Source: Carcharhinus amblyrhynchos (taxonomy: Eukaryota). Taken from it: a stretch of 64,000 nucleotides of DNA. The position numbers and the translations under genes are program-made. Below are positions 41,661-55,490 of this stretch, in pieces. The notes beneath the pieces were generated by a model, which made no database searches, was not told the origin of the DNA, and saw only the letters and a list, made by a program, of their open reading frames with translations. Within the stretch, counting starts at the first letter, position 1, and each line of letters begins with the position of its first letter. The stretch lies in NCBI GenBank assembly GCA_965287045.1, contig OZ336878.1:104594001-104658000 (forward strand). Reading direction: 5' to 3'.

Positions 41661-42217
41661 AAGACTGGTGGGACGCAATGCATGTGGTTAAATCCAACGT
41701 TACACAATCATTCTGCATATTTAAGCATTCATTTGTTACTGTACTAGGAAAACGCAAAAATGCGGATCATTGGAGAGTTCCTAAGTAGCCGTTTTAAATG
41801 AATAGAAAAAAAACCTGACTTTTATGAACAAATTATATTTTGTTATATGTTTGAATTCAATTGACGAGGCGCTTTTTAAATTGAGTTCGCAGCAAACGTC
41901 ATAGAATAACGTATTATAAACTGGACGCTATATCAGTCAATGTTGTGTTGCAAATCATTCATTTTGTTAACGTCAAACTTGCTCTTCTCAAGTGACCGAA
42001 AGCTTTAACCTATTGAATAAACACAGTTAAATTTTGTTTTATGCAACCTTTTCATTCGTATGTACTGACTGACTTATCTCACAATAATCAACAACAAAAT
42101 TTGCATTTTTTGCATTATTTGCATGTTAGTGCACGGCTGACGAGAAATACGTTTAACATTACGAAACATACAAAAATGTCTTGATAAATGATTTTTGCAT
42201 GTTCTGACGAAATTTAC

Positions 42218-42241
42218 CTTTATTTGCTTTGAAAGTTGCAA
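42218..42241 (-). CDS. 24-nt phase 1-1 microexon, (V)ATFKANK
   Basis: gtttttcgctttaccag|TTGCAACTTTCAAAGCAAATAAAG|gtaaat. Confidence 0.7.
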
Positions 42242-43027
42242 CTGGTAAAGCGAAAAACATTATAAATTAACAGACAATGTCGGACTCCCTCGGGAAAAAA
42301 AAGATCCAGATCAGCAAAAGCAGAATTACACTCGATAATTGTAGGATTGCACCCGCTGATTATTTACCTTAATATTTTATCAGCGTACCAATAACTCTGG
42401 AATTAATTCCTGCCTATTGCACCATTAGTCTTGTGTTAACTCGCGGTCTCCAATTAATTATATACCCTCTGATGTGTGGCTTTGGCAGTTGTCCAACGAT
42501 TGCTAAATTTAGTGTTCTACATTTCATTTTCCTTCTCAGCTCCCAAAAGTCAACTTGGATGACAGCATTCCACTGTTTATCCATGTCATTGATATCGATT
42601 TGAACCAAAATCTCTGACCCTTTATCTACTCCACTCGGACCGTTCTTGAATAGCTCCATGGCATTACTAAAAATGCAATAATTTAAACATCAAATCATCT
42701 AGCTTATGAGTGAGGCTGAATATCAGAATGAAGACTATATATTCTTAAAAACAGGGACACTCACTTGTGCCTCATCCTCAGAGACGCCCTACTGCTTGGT
42801 GTGTTCCTGCTGTCTTTAAAGTCTGAATTTATTTAGATCGTCCACTTCAGAGATATGAAGAATGGCTGATTTCGAGATAAATTGACACACACGTAAACTG
42901 AGCGCAGGGTAATAGGAATTGCCCATTTTAATGGATAGCTAAACTCACAATTGGAATATATTTCCTTTGCAAAAAAAAAGAACAAACGAGACAATTGCAT
43001 GTACTGGAAATTACGTTGATACTTTAC

Positions 43028-43054
43028 CGAGTTGCAAACGAAGCATATCACTTT
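43028..43054 (-). CDS. 27-nt phase 1-1 microexon, (E)SDMLRLQL
   Basis: tctctgttcaacttcag|AAAGTGATATGCTTCGTTTGCAACTCG|gtaaagta. Confidence 0.75.
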
Positions 43055-43187
43055 CTGAAGTTGAACAGAGATTCACACAATGTAACTGAAATAATAGATT
43101 AACTTCTCGTTTGATCTGCAATTCAATTATTTGTATTTGCATTCATGGTTTGAGCTCAACTGTTTACGCCAATTATTTCTGTTTTAC

Positions 43188-43235
43188 CAAATGCAATGTC
43201 TTCAACAATTGCATGGATATAAGCAAGTGAATCAC
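43188..43235 (-). CDS. 48-nt phase 1-1 exon candidate, (G)DSLAYIHAIVEDIAF
   Basis: tttgctgtttcag|GTGATTCA…GCATTTG|gtaaaa. Open in phase 1, with a 133-nt intron to the next exon. Confidence 0.4.
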
Positions 43236-43314
43236 CTGAAACAGCAAATACTTGAAGGAAAACTAATTAAATGATCATAGTTGACTTGCTTCCTGATGAA
43301 TACAACTTTCTTAC

Positions 43315-43332
43315 CCAAAGCAGTAGGTTTCA
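43315..43332 (-). CDS. 18-nt phase 1-1 microexon candidate, xKPTAL
   Basis: tttccttattcggtttgcag|TGAAACCTACTGCTTTGG|gtaaga. Strong sites, 79-nt downstream intron. Confidence 0.5.
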
Positions 43333-46300
43333 CTGCAAACCGAATAAGGAAATAAATAAACAGATAAATCGTTTTCCGATCATCAAATGTAGAAAGGAGA
43401 ATTAGCTTACACAATATTTTCTCCACCTTTAGGGTTATCCTGCAATTCTCCTTCCCAAAACGGGAGCAGGTTTCGTTTTCGTAGTCAGACGTAACTGTTC
43501 CATTTATCACTCCTCTTATTTCAATGGACGCACTGTGATTTCGAGTGAAAAACAAGTTTATATCAAAATGATTGCGTATACTGGAAATAATGTCCCACTG
43601 CCGCAAAATGCATTCAACCCTATTGAGGAACAACAGACGTAATCAGTTCACAACAATTAACGAGGCACTCTGAGGTCTGGTCATGTGGAAGTTCTTAATA
43701 TCTGTTTAGTTTTGGCCAATTTTTATTTTCGGAGAATTAACGAACTTTGAAAGCAGGAACAAAAGAATAGGTGGAGCCATAAGCCATCACGTTAAAAAAA
43801 CACGTTGTCATTAGATTCCAAAGAAGGCATTAAAGTGGACGATGCAAAGTTATTGCAGATTGCATCCAACGACATTTTCGGGAATACATATGCTGTCGGA
43901 ACTTGGTCATTATCTTAATAAGTATTCTGATCCAATACTGTACAGGATACTCTGTTAACCTACAACATCTAACCAAAGACTATAATAGGCGTACATTTGA
44001 AACCTACCGCTAACTATTACAATTTTGTGAAACATTTTCAAAGTACCATTTAACATCAACATCTCTTTTCGTGAAGGGGAAAGAACAATCGATGAGACAT
44101 GTGTGTATGGAAGAAACTGCCTTGCTCTGTTTCTGCAATTACATTTTTTGATTGGAATAAATTTATTGACCATGTTTTATACCCGATGTATGTGCAGAAT
44201 TATGAGGTTTTTTATTCTTTTAATAATGTTGGCAATTTGATGAATGCTATGTGGTCAGACAGCGAATTATTGGACTTGACCTCGACGTATTTTTGTCATA
44301 TACGAATCATTCATCTCAGGATATCAGTATGAACTATTTGATATAAATATGCAGGAATTCCCAATCCCCCAACTCTCTGCATCACTTTTCTCCCCCTTCA
44401 TTGAAATGTGTCATTATTATTTAAAATTCATGCTAGGTTTCGCCTCTAATTTGATGCTGAATCGAAGTGTTGCCGAAGAAAGAGATACGTTGGTGCCCGT
44501 GCTAGTCTTGCACTTTTTAGGCCGGATAAAGATTCGTCAAATATCAAAGGAGAATTCATGCCTCATGGAAAATGGCGCTGGTTTTTCGGCAAATTGAAAT
44601 TGCTACGTCGAAGCATTATCAAAAAATATGCCACAAGGGAGTTTTTTTTTCCCAATCTAATGCTTTGATCAGTAACGGCTCAATAACAGAAGAAATAACG
44701 TCCCTGCATCTGATTATATTCAGCTTCTAGCGTTCGGAAATGAACCTCATTGCGAATCCGGCTGCTCATCGTAAACTGAATGCTAATGTACTTAGCACAG
44801 TCGTGATTGTTCACCAAGAGTTGCCAAAACGTGGATTCATAGCAAGCGTTGACTTTACGGTGTGAGTTATGTAAGTACTGCTTTGGTGAGTACAATCAAG
44901 ACTCGACCTATCGCGAATAATCAAATGGATTTGTTGTTTGAGCTCGTCTACCAATGTTTGGGATAACTAACCCAATGGTCTCGCATTCCCATAACATTGA
45001 AAACAATTTACCAATTGCCATGTTTTCATTTACCAATCAATCAGAAAGTGTATTATATTCTCAACAGCAAATCTGCAACTTCTTTCTTCTTTCTCACAAT
45101 GGCTATTACTCCAAATGCCCGTCGTCGAGATATTAATCATGTTTTATCCTTAAACGTCGTTGGCGATGCTTACACTTTGCCCAGATGTTGAGAATGTCTC
45201 CAGCCTACAACAATTGGTGTTGCAGGCGTTATTATTGAATTATTGCGGTGTAGTCTTCAGAATGACAGCAACATTTATCCCTCGGAGTCCTGATTGGATC
45301 TGGAGAATGTGCATTGGCGCTGTCGTTGTAATTTCTCCAGGGTCGTGTGTTTCGCAGATGCTTACTCTAAGTATTACAGCAGTGCGGGGGCAGAGTCGAC
45401 GACAACGGATTGGGACACTATGCGTTTATATGATTGCAAGCTATCTTTGAAGTCACACAAAGACTTGTAGAATGTGCTCCTCCAATGTTTAATCTATTCG
45501 TCAACTGTGTTTTCTGAGATGTATTTGCCTAGCTATAGAAAATGCTCAATATATTCAAGAGTATCTCATTCAACATGTCTTAGAGTTGGAGACATTCGCT
45601 GAGCATGTGTAAGGTGAGATCCGAGTTTTGTTTTAGAACATACGGGGACGGATCGAATCTAATATGTGCAAAATTTAAAACATCAAAATTGGCTTGCAAA
45701 TGTAATTGCACATTTTGGTGAAAAGCACATTAGGCCTTTGCAGGTCATGTATGCATAAAATGGTCGCTTTGCTTTTGCACGGAGGCAACTGAGGCCAGGC
45801 AAGTCTGCATCCAGGCAGCATCTCATGCTGACACCAGGTGACAGTTGAGTTTCGATGAGCTGATTGCGGTGTTAGGCCAGCTGCACATATCATGGGCGTT
45901 ATTGATCAGCGTTACCTGACACCGAATTTGTCATTCAACGATCTGTCCCAGATCATGCAATCATCAAGTTTGTAGCCATTTGTTCGTGAAATAGTTGAAG
46001 GATTGTGGCGGCGTTCCTTGGTCATCCAAACATTCTGAACACATTCCCAAGCCTCGTCATTTTCTGAGCAACATGTAATGATTCTACAAATGACTACAAT
46101 GAAGGAGGGTTTTCCCTGGATGTGGATGACAACCAGGGCAATGACAAATGTTACAGCTTCGCTCGAGGTCAACGGACATTGCCATTGACCGGACCTCGCC
46201 TCCTTCAATTTCATACCGGGCGAGATGGTAGAATTTCAGAGATTGCGTCGATGAAAGCAGTTGCTGAGCATGGTTCAGGAAGTGAACGACTGAACAGAAC

Positions 46301-48849
46301 GGTTGTTGGGATTTCCCACAATATCGGCAATAGGCAAAAAAAAATTGTTTCTACAGCATGACGTATTTCACTTTTGAAGTATAATTACAATTTTCACACT
46401 TCTATGCCCAGATTTTGGGGTGAAGATACCTTGATAATGTATGTGTTTGTGTGACTGTGTGTGTGTGTGGGTGAGGCAGGGGGAGCGGGGGAGACGAGGT
46501 TGTGGGAGGTAGGGGGCGGGGAAGCGAGGCTTGACTGAGAATGGATGAGTGAAGAGAATCTTGATTTGAGCATGCGCCGAGCACATTTCGAGACTTCAGC
46601 TGGACTACCGCCTCTGCCACACAACTATTGCTTTCATTCTCTTACTTGTTGCAATCTTTCAATCGATGGTGCGTCGAAATGGAAACGACTCTCTGTTTCA
46701 CGGAGATAGCTAAGGAATCGTCACCAGCAGATGTAGATGCATGGTTGGGGAGTTGTGGAACGCATTCTTGTGAGGGTTGATAGATGACATTATTACTACT
46801 TAGAGGGCAAACATTAATCTACGAAGCAAGGAGATTTGGTTCACACAATTTTGCTTTTTTTAATGGAACCAGTACTGCAGATGGTGATTCCCCAATGCAA
46901 TGGTATGGACAAACAAGTCTCAAAAGTTGTCTTTTCTATCAGGTAACCCGTTCACCCCATTAAGTTTAATGGCATCATACCAAAAATCGATAAGGCATCG
47001 TTGCATTATACATTATCTGTACATTATAACACAAGTTTCTGCCTCATTCAACTTTTAGATAGCACTGTTCTGTGGCTAACACCATTTCGATTAAGCAATC
47101 AAGGAGCAAAAGAAACAGAAAGTGCACATGGCGAGGGAGATAATTGTGAAAACCAGGAGCAGTTCGCATCATCATTCCTGGCCCAGATCTCTGGTCTCGG
47201 AGACAATGTCTGTCAATCTGGATGTACGCCAGATAATGAAGGAAACAACACAAACATATACAATTGATCTCGTCCTCACTAATACGCCTGCTGCGGATAA
47301 ACTGTTTGGAGCAACCACCAGATAGTGCTTATGGGCAGGGAAATGCCGCACACTGTTCTAACAAAATAGATTCAGAAAAGATGTGGCAGCTCAGACAGTG
47401 CATCCAAGAGATGATGTGGGCCATCACCATCAGCAGAATCGTATTCAAAGCAATCTGTCCTCTGAAGGACATGCAATGATTTCATTACACACTTCCCATC
47501 AGATCCACACTTGTCCATCATCTGGATAGTGTAGCAGGAGGAGCAGGAAGGGTAGCTAAAAGTGAATTGCCAACCTGCTGAATCTTGAAAATTAGGATCG
47601 CATGCCTACCAAACAGTAAAAGTAATATTGGAATGTCAACTTCAATTTGACCCACAGCAAATAGACGCGATTAAAAATCTGCAGTCCTGGGAGATCCTAT
47701 CGTGAATGGTGGGGGATACTCAACAAATAACGACAGATACAAGCTCCATAAACAAACTGCATGTCAAAGACACGAGAGTCCAGTTGGTCAGTACAATAGT
47801 CAGGGCAAAAGTATTTTCGGAACAGCGACAGCGCATCAGTTACATTGAGGAGCACAAACAAAATTGAAGTCAACGTCATTCAGGACAAACTCGTTGCTGT
47901 CATGCCTTGCAGAAAGCAGGATGATTTTTGATCTTGCACTCCCATCACCAGAGGAGAAGGTAATTTGAAAGTGATCTTCAGAATAATATCCTCAGCACAA
48001 TCATTTTCAGCTTCTTCATCAAAAAAAGAACTCCAGATGAAAAGAAAAACAGGCCGTGAGGATGTTCATTCTGATTGCACATTATTCAATACAAATCGCC
48101 CCTGCTCGAAGCTTCAAGCAGTCTCTGACAAATATCGAACAACCTCAAAAAAATTGAACTGCCTACTTTTGGTTGGCAAGCAAAAGTGAAGCTTAGGAAA
48201 TGCAAAGTATGCTTCAAGCTGAACCGATGCAGTCAACGGCAGCAGAATTTCTGAACCCCACACCATCTCCACCCTCCGGATTGCATTTACAGAAAAGGTA
48301 ACTGAACCAGCAATATCAGTACAATTCCTCTAAGAACAGTTTACAGCATTGTAACTCTGCAGCCAACAACTGATGTTCTGATTATGGAAAATCTTGCCAC
48401 TTGTATTCTCTGCCAAGTGCGCTAACTCTCCCAGGTGACTATGCTCATCGTATCCCTTAAATTACTCACATGCACATCCCCTGACTCTCATTCTGTCTGG
48501 CTGAAATCTTATCGCTGTCCTCACTGATTAACCTTTCGATTTAACATCAGCCAAAAAGATTAGTGTTGTTCCCTAGAAAAAGGTATATGATGACAGAATT
48601 TAAGGCTCTACTGAGCTTGCACACGAACTGTTATTCCTTTGGAGTGGAATTCAGCCAGAGTGGGGGTGAGGCGACTAGAATCTAGAGCTCACTGGGAATT
48701 GAATTGAATTGCAGATATGTTGCCCTGCTGCAGTATTAGCAATCACAGGGAACACTTTTCATTCGTAGTAAGGCTTGGTTAGTGTTTAATGTTTTTATCA
48801 CTTTCTGTACTTTATAGTTAGTAAGCAATCCGCTCAGCATGAACGAAAA

Positions 48850-50557
48850 GCACGAGAGAAGAATACTAGAGATTTAAGTAAAAGCTGATATTAAATTTCT
48901 TCTAAAACTTTAAATGTTTAAGCCATGATAGGAGAGTCCATGCCTTCGCAAGCTCCGTATGCTCCATGTGGAGATCTGGAATATTTCCAGTGCTGGCGGC
49001 CATCATGTCTGTTCGAAATGCCTCCAGCTACACCTACTGGAAGCCCGTGTTCCGGAGCTGCAGTGGCTTCTTCAGACACTATGAAATATTTGCGAGACAG
49101 TGTGTATCACGGACAGCGTGTACAGAAAGGTGTTCACACCGCAGGCAAGCAGGGAATGGATGGCCACCTCATTTCCCATCTGAGTTTCATATCTGTGGTG
49201 GGTAAATTGTTGAAACGTATTTTGAGAGGCAGGATATGCAGAAACTTAAAGACGCAGGGACTGATTAGGGGCAGTCAGTAGAACTTAGTGAGTGGAAAAT
49301 CATGACTCTCAAATCTGATTGAGTTTTTTTGAAGGGGCAATCAAGAAGGTAGATGATGGCAGTGCAGTTGAAGTTGCCTGTATGGACTTTAGCTAAGCCT
49401 ATGACAACATGAAGCAAGGTAGATTATTGCATGAGTTAAATCGCATGGGATCCAGAGTGAGGTAGCTAAATGGATACAAGACTGGCTGGATGACAGAAGA
49501 CAGAGGGTGGTTGTAGAAGGTTATTTTTCAAACTGGAAGCCCGTGACCAGCGTGTGCTTCAGGGATCAGTTCTGGGTCCACTGTTATTTGTCTTTTATAT
49601 CAATGATTTGGCTAAGAATACAGGAGACTTGGTTAGTAAGTTTGCAGATGACACCAAGATTGGTAGCATAATAGACAATGAAGAAAATTATCTCGAATTA
49701 CAACGAGATGTTGTTCAATTGGGCCAGTGGGCTGACGAATGGCGGATGGAGTTTAATTTAGATAAATGTCAGGTGAAGCATTTTAGTAGTTTTAACTTAC
49801 TCAGTTAATGTAGGGCGTAGGGGAAAGTTACAGAACAAAGAGACCTAGGCGTGCATGATCATAGCTCCTTGAATGTGGAGTTGCAGGTGGACAGAGTGGT
49901 GAAGAAGGCATTCAGCATACTTGGTTTCATTAGACATAACATTGAATACATGAATTGCGATGTCTTGGTGAAATTGCACAAGACAGTGGTAAGGCCACAC
50001 TTGGAACACTATTTATAATTCTGGTCATCCTATTATAGAAGTGATATTGTTAAACTAGAAAGAGTGCAGAGAAGATTACCTAGGATGCCATCAGGACTTG
50101 ATGGTTTGAGTTATAAGGAAGGCTGGATAGACTGGGCGTTTTTTTTTCTCTAGAGTGTAGAAGGCTGCGGGGTTATCCTATAGAGATCTATAAAATTATG
50201 AGGGACACAGATCACCTAGATAGTCAATATCTTTTCCCAAAGGTAGGGGAGTTTAAAACTTGAGAGCAAAGTTTTAAGGTGAGAGGGTCGAGATACAAAT
50301 GTGTCCGGAGCGGCATTTTTTTTCACACAGAGGGTTCTGAGTGTTTGGAATAAGCTGCCAGATGCAGTAGTGGAGGCAGGAGCAATTTTGTCTTTTAAAA
50401 AGCATTTAGACAGTTAAATGGGTAAGTTGGCTATAAAGGGATATGTGCCAAATGCAAGCAATTGCGATTAGCTTAGGGGTTTTAGAAAAAAAGGCGGCAT
50501 TGACAAGTTGGTCCGAAGGGCCTTGTTCCATTCTGTAAACCTCTATGACTCTATGAC
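48850..50557 (+). mobile_element. CR1 (HER1-like) LINE, internally deleted and frameshifted
   Basis: ISVVGKLLKRIL, MDFS-AYD, QGSVLGPLLF…FADDTKIG. Tail ctctatgactctatga. Confidence 0.9.
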
Positions 50558-50699
50558 CACACACAAGATGATAGCGAGATAGGCAATGTAGAAATGCCCT
50601 ACGTCTATATCTCTGCAAAACAGATATTCCGTTCTGGATTCTGTTGAGGGTAAGTGCCACACAGAGGAAATCAGCAATGGGCATATTCGTTGCGCCACA

Positions 50700-52330
50700 G
50701 TTGGTACTGCTGCAGGGCGAGACATTTGTTGCGTTAAATCCAATTGCAAGGGAGATAGGCATTTCTGTGGCTGGAAAAGTGACTGCAGAATGGTATGTTT
50801 CCGTCCTGGTGCGAGAGTGAAGGCTGCCTCAGAGTGGCTGTTGGAAAATCTGAAGACTGATTGCCGTCATGACACGCATGGGGGAAAAATAACTAAAACA
50901 GGGAGGAGGCCCTAAAAGCAGAGTATAGGGAACAGGATGAAAGGTGGAATGATAGTTATCTTGGAATTGCTACCTGTGTCACGTGCTGGCCGGAGAAGAG
51001 AAAGCAAGAAAGATATGGTCAATACATAGCTGAAAACATGGTGTAAGCCTTCAGATTCCTGGCACATGGCGACTGGTTGTTGAGGACGTGGGACCTTCTG
51101 AAGACGTATATTTGAAGACTTACATCTGGTGGTACCGGGGTTGATGTCCTGTTGCTTGGGGGCGGGGTTTTGGGGGGATTGGGGTTGGGGGGGCGGGGTG
51201 TAGGTGGTTACTTGCTGAAATAGTTGAAGAGTATTTAAACTATTATGGCAGGGGAATGAGTAGGTATGCACGATTTCAGAGCAGAAAGAGGCAAGAACAA
51301 GAGGAAAGCGGATGGCCACACAATAAGAAAACAAGAGAGAAATGCACGGTCAGATTTAGATATAGACAGAAAAAAAAATAGTAAGGGAGGGAAAGGGGAT
51401 GGTTAAAAAGACTTATAATAAGGTAATGTAACTCAACGTTCAGAACACTGTGAAGAAAATGGATGAATTGATAGCTCAGATGTAAAATATATGGCTCCAT
51501 AGTTTGAGTGTATGCGCATATGCATGACAGATGCCGTATAAATGGGTAAATATGAAGTTATTCACTTCAGCAGCAAAGATCGGAAGGCGGATTATTTTTT
51601 GAAAGAGTGCGTATTGACAGTTATATACTCCGCAAAACCTTGTTTACCCCACACATCAGCCACTGAAAGTACATGCACGGGTATAATAGGCAGCAACGAA
51701 GTGAAATATTACATTGGCCAATGTAGCAAAATGATTTCTGTATAGGAATAGGGATGGGTTAATGCAATTATATAGGACGTTGGTGAGACCACACCTGGAG
51801 CATTTTGTGCAGTTCTGGTGTTTTTATCAGAGGAAGGATGTATTTGCAATACAGGGAATGAAGAGGAGGTCTGGCAGGCTGATTCCTAGGCCGCCAGGTC
51901 TGTCATATGAAGAAAGACAAAGCCGGTGAGGATTGCATTTATTGGAATTAGTGAGCAGCGATCTCATAAATACTTATAAATTCTAACAGGGTTAAATAGA
52001 ATGCAATCAGAAACAATGTTCTTCATGGTAGGGGAGTACAGAACTTTTGCTCATAGCCTGAGACGAAGCGATAAACGTTTTAGGATTGGGGTGATGAGAA
52101 ATTTCTTCATACAGAGAGTGGTGAACCTGTGGAATTCATAACCATTGTAAGTAGTTCAGACGAAAATATTGTGCCATTTCAAGAATGAATTCGCTATTGT
52201 TCTTGGGGCTAAATGGACCAAATGACTTGGGGGAAATTCGGGATCAGTATATTGAATTGAATGATCAGCCATAATCAAACCAGATGGCGGAGCAGCCTCG
52301 AAAGGAAAAGCATCTCACTTCTGTTTTTAT
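50700..52330 (+). mobile_element. Decayed CR1 fragments (esterase/ORF1-like part and ORF2 3' part)
   Basis: cctggtgcgagagtgaagg (PGARVK), KYEVIHF, ttggtgagaccacacctggagcattttgtgcagttctgg, and tail ttctacgtttctacg. Confidence 0.7.
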
Positions 52331-52959
52331 TTTCTACGTTTCTACGTCAATCTGGCCGCTAATACTCTGGTTAAATGAAAACTGTGCTGCCCAGCTTCCT
52401 CGGACTGTAGTGTGATTATTTGCTGAGATACCTTGAATTGTTCTGTTGCCAGTTCAGATGCGTCTGAGAGCGTTCTGGAAATCTTGAGACATAATTGAGA
52501 AAGACATTTTCACCTCCAGAGTCACACAACTTATCTGAATGAGTGGCACGTGCTGCACTTTATTCAGTGGGCGTGAGGTGATGCTGGGCGTGGTCGTTGT
52601 CCATGGACCAATGAGAAAGGCATGCCATCAATCGACTAATGTGCGCTTTCCCCAGTCATAAATCACAAGAATAATAACCACTTTGCCTGATCCATGTGCT
52701 GTCAGCTAATTACGCCCTGATCGTTTCATTTATTTTACAGTGACACATATAGTCGTTTCCTAGAAAAGAAACAAGCAAACTATGTTTAGGAAAACTGAGC
52801 ATGTTTTCAATGGAAACCGGTACAGTGAGTAACTTCTTCACTGAAGCAGGGTGATGGAAGAGAACTTCAATACTTTCCAGCAAAATCTGAACTTTATACC
52901 CTCCCATTTAGTCTCCTGCCAACTACAGTGCCTGTGTCGTTCCAGGTAACAAACGTTGC

Positions 52960-53305
52960 TCTTGTCTGAGCACTTCAGCCTCAATTCGAACATTTTCTTA
53001 ACGTCCATCAATTTCATTTTCCCGTAAATTAACTTCGCGTGTCAGTTTTCTTTCGTTGTTCTTTCGGGTAGGACAATTTATATTTTTTTCTTCCCTCAAA
53101 GAGTTGTGAATCTCTGGAATTCCCGGCCCATTTAGACAGTTGAATCTTCCTCGTTGAATGTTTTCAAGGCAATTAAAGAACACTTTTTGAACACTAAGTT
53201 CATTAAGGGTTAAGATGAGCGGGCGGGCAAGTGGAGCCGAGTCCGTGAAAAGATCGGCCATGTTCTTATTAAACGGCAGTGGAGATTCGAGACCCTATTC
53301 CTGCA
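52960..53305 (-). mobile_element. Mixed CR1 3'-end fragments
   Basis: agagttgtgaatctctggaattc … agatcggccatg…ttattaaacggc (CR1 3' UTR motifs). Orientation is partly mixed. Confidence 0.45.
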
Positions 53306-54023
53306 AGTAGTTTAAAAGTTTTTATGTATCATCTGTCAAACACAATCCAGCAAACCCTAGGCCTTACCGTACGCCATTTTAAATTTTCTGAATTTATGTT
53401 CACATCTTCTGGTATAAAGCACAGACATCGAAAGTACCAGGTTTGTGATGTCATAGTGACTTCAGTGCGCTTCTGAAAGAGGTGTCCACACCACATCAGC
53501 TTTTTCCAATTTATACAGTCAGCGGCGGAGTCCAAGGTAACTGAGATTAAATTGGATTCAATTCTTTTTTCTCAAAGTACACAAAGTGCATTTCTAATAA
53601 CCTACCAAAATTAAGGACCAGGCGGGTATTATTCGCTAAATAATATAAAAAAAACGATTTTGTTCTCTCGTTAACATTGGGTTTCACCACGAGATGCTGT
53701 CCAGATAATCTGTGATTTTATTCTTCCAAGGCCATTTCATTCATCCCTTTCCTCGTGCTAACCTTTCTATTTCTCATATGAATTCACGATTTTTTTTCAA
53801 TTTCCTTTCTAATTTAAGAAAGAAACAATAATTCGAATCTTTTCTTCAACAACTGTTCCACTGGCATTGTCCTAGCTAAAATGTTGTCCTTCTCCAGAAT
53901 ATCCTTAGCTCTATTGATGATAATCTTGGCAGTGGGGATGTACCAGCATGACATTTTAATCAACTTCCAGTGACAATTCTGTGCTTTTCTAGAGGAATCT
54001 GTACAAACATTTAAGTTAATTAA

Positions 54024-55490
54024 CGGCTAATGTTACGCCGTTGTTTAAGAAGGGTGCCAGGCAAAAGGCGGGGAATTATAGGCCGGTTAGTTTAACGTCT
54101 GTGGTAGGTAAAATGTTAGAATCCGTCATTAAGGAGGAAATTGCGAGGCATCTTGAAGGGAATTGCTTGATAGGGCAGACGCAACACGGTTTCATTAAAG
54201 GGAAGTCGTGTCTGACAAATTTACTGGAGTTCTATGAGGATGTGTCTAGGGCAGTGGATAGAGGAGAGCCGGTGGATGTGGTCTTTCTGGATTTTCAGAA
54301 GGCGTTTGACAAGGTACCTCACGAGAGGTTATTGCAGAAGGTCAGGGGACATGGAGTTGGGGGTAGGGTGTTAGCGTGGATAGAGGATTGGTTGTCAAAT
54401 AGGAGGCAGAGAGTGGGGGTCAATGGGTGCTATTCGGATTGGCGGTTGGTGACTAGTGGGGTGCCCCAGGGGTCGGTGCTGGGGCCTCAGCTATTTACCA
54501 TTTATATAGATGATCTGGAGGAGGGAACCGAGTGCAGGGTGTCGAAATTTGCTGATGACACCAAGATTGGGGGAAAGGCAAATTGTGCGGAGGGTGTGGA
54601 GAGTCTGCAGAAGATCTAGATAGGCTGGGCGAATGGGCCAGGAAATGGCAAATGGAATTTAATGTTGGCAAGTGTGAGGTGGCCCACTTTGGTAGGAAGA
54701 ATGGTAGGAATGACTATTACTTACGTGGCGAAAAACTGCAGCAGGCGACGGTGCAGAGGGACCTCGGGGTCCTTGTGCATGAGTCGCAAAAACCCAGCTT
54801 GCAGGTGCAGCAGGTGGTCAGGAAGGCGAATGGGATGCTGGCCTTCATAGCGAGGGGGATTGAATATAAAAGTAGGGAGGTCTTGCTGCAGCTCTATAGG
54901 GCATTGGTGAGGCCGCAGCTGGAGTACTGTGTGCAGTTTTGGGCGCCGCACCTGCGCAAGGATATTTTGGCCCTGGAGGGAGTGCAGAGGAGGTTTACTA
55001 GGCTGATACCGGAGTTGAGGGGATTGAGCTATGAGGAGAGGCTGAATAAACTAGGCTTGTACTCGTTAGAGTTTAGAAGAATGAGGGGAGATCTCATTGA
55101 GACGTATAAGATGATGAATGGGATGGATAGGATAGAGGTGGAGAGACTCTTCCCGCTCAAAAAAGACAGTAGGACTAGGGGGCACAGCCTCAAGATAAAG
55201 GGGAGGCGGTTTAGAAAGGAGTTGAGGAGGAACTTCTTCACTCAAAGGGTGGTGAATCGCTGGAATTCTCTGCCCGTTGAAGTGGTGGAGGCTGCCTCGC
55301 TAAATATTTTTAAGAAGCGGGTTGATGGGTTCTTGATAAGAGAGGGGATTAAGGGTTATGGGGAGAGGGCGGGAAAGTGAAACTGAGCCACGACAGATCA
55401 GCCATGATCTTATTGAATGGCGGGGCAGGCTCGAAGGGCTAGATGGCCTACTCCTGCTCCTATTTCTTATGTTCTTATGTTCTTATGTTC
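54024..55490 (+). mobile_element. Young 5'-truncated CR1 LINE with near-intact RT (one frameshift near 54612)
   Basis: ORFs 54041..54619 ([40 protein letters not shown]) and 54583..55380. (TCTTATGT)n tail, flanked by TTAATTAA at 54016-54023 and 55491-55498. Confidence 0.97.

Noticed and set aside
43232-43633. 133-aa minus ORF as a single coding exon
   Set aside because: It reads through apparent introns. The donor at 43410 is good, but no phase-1 acceptor could be assigned.
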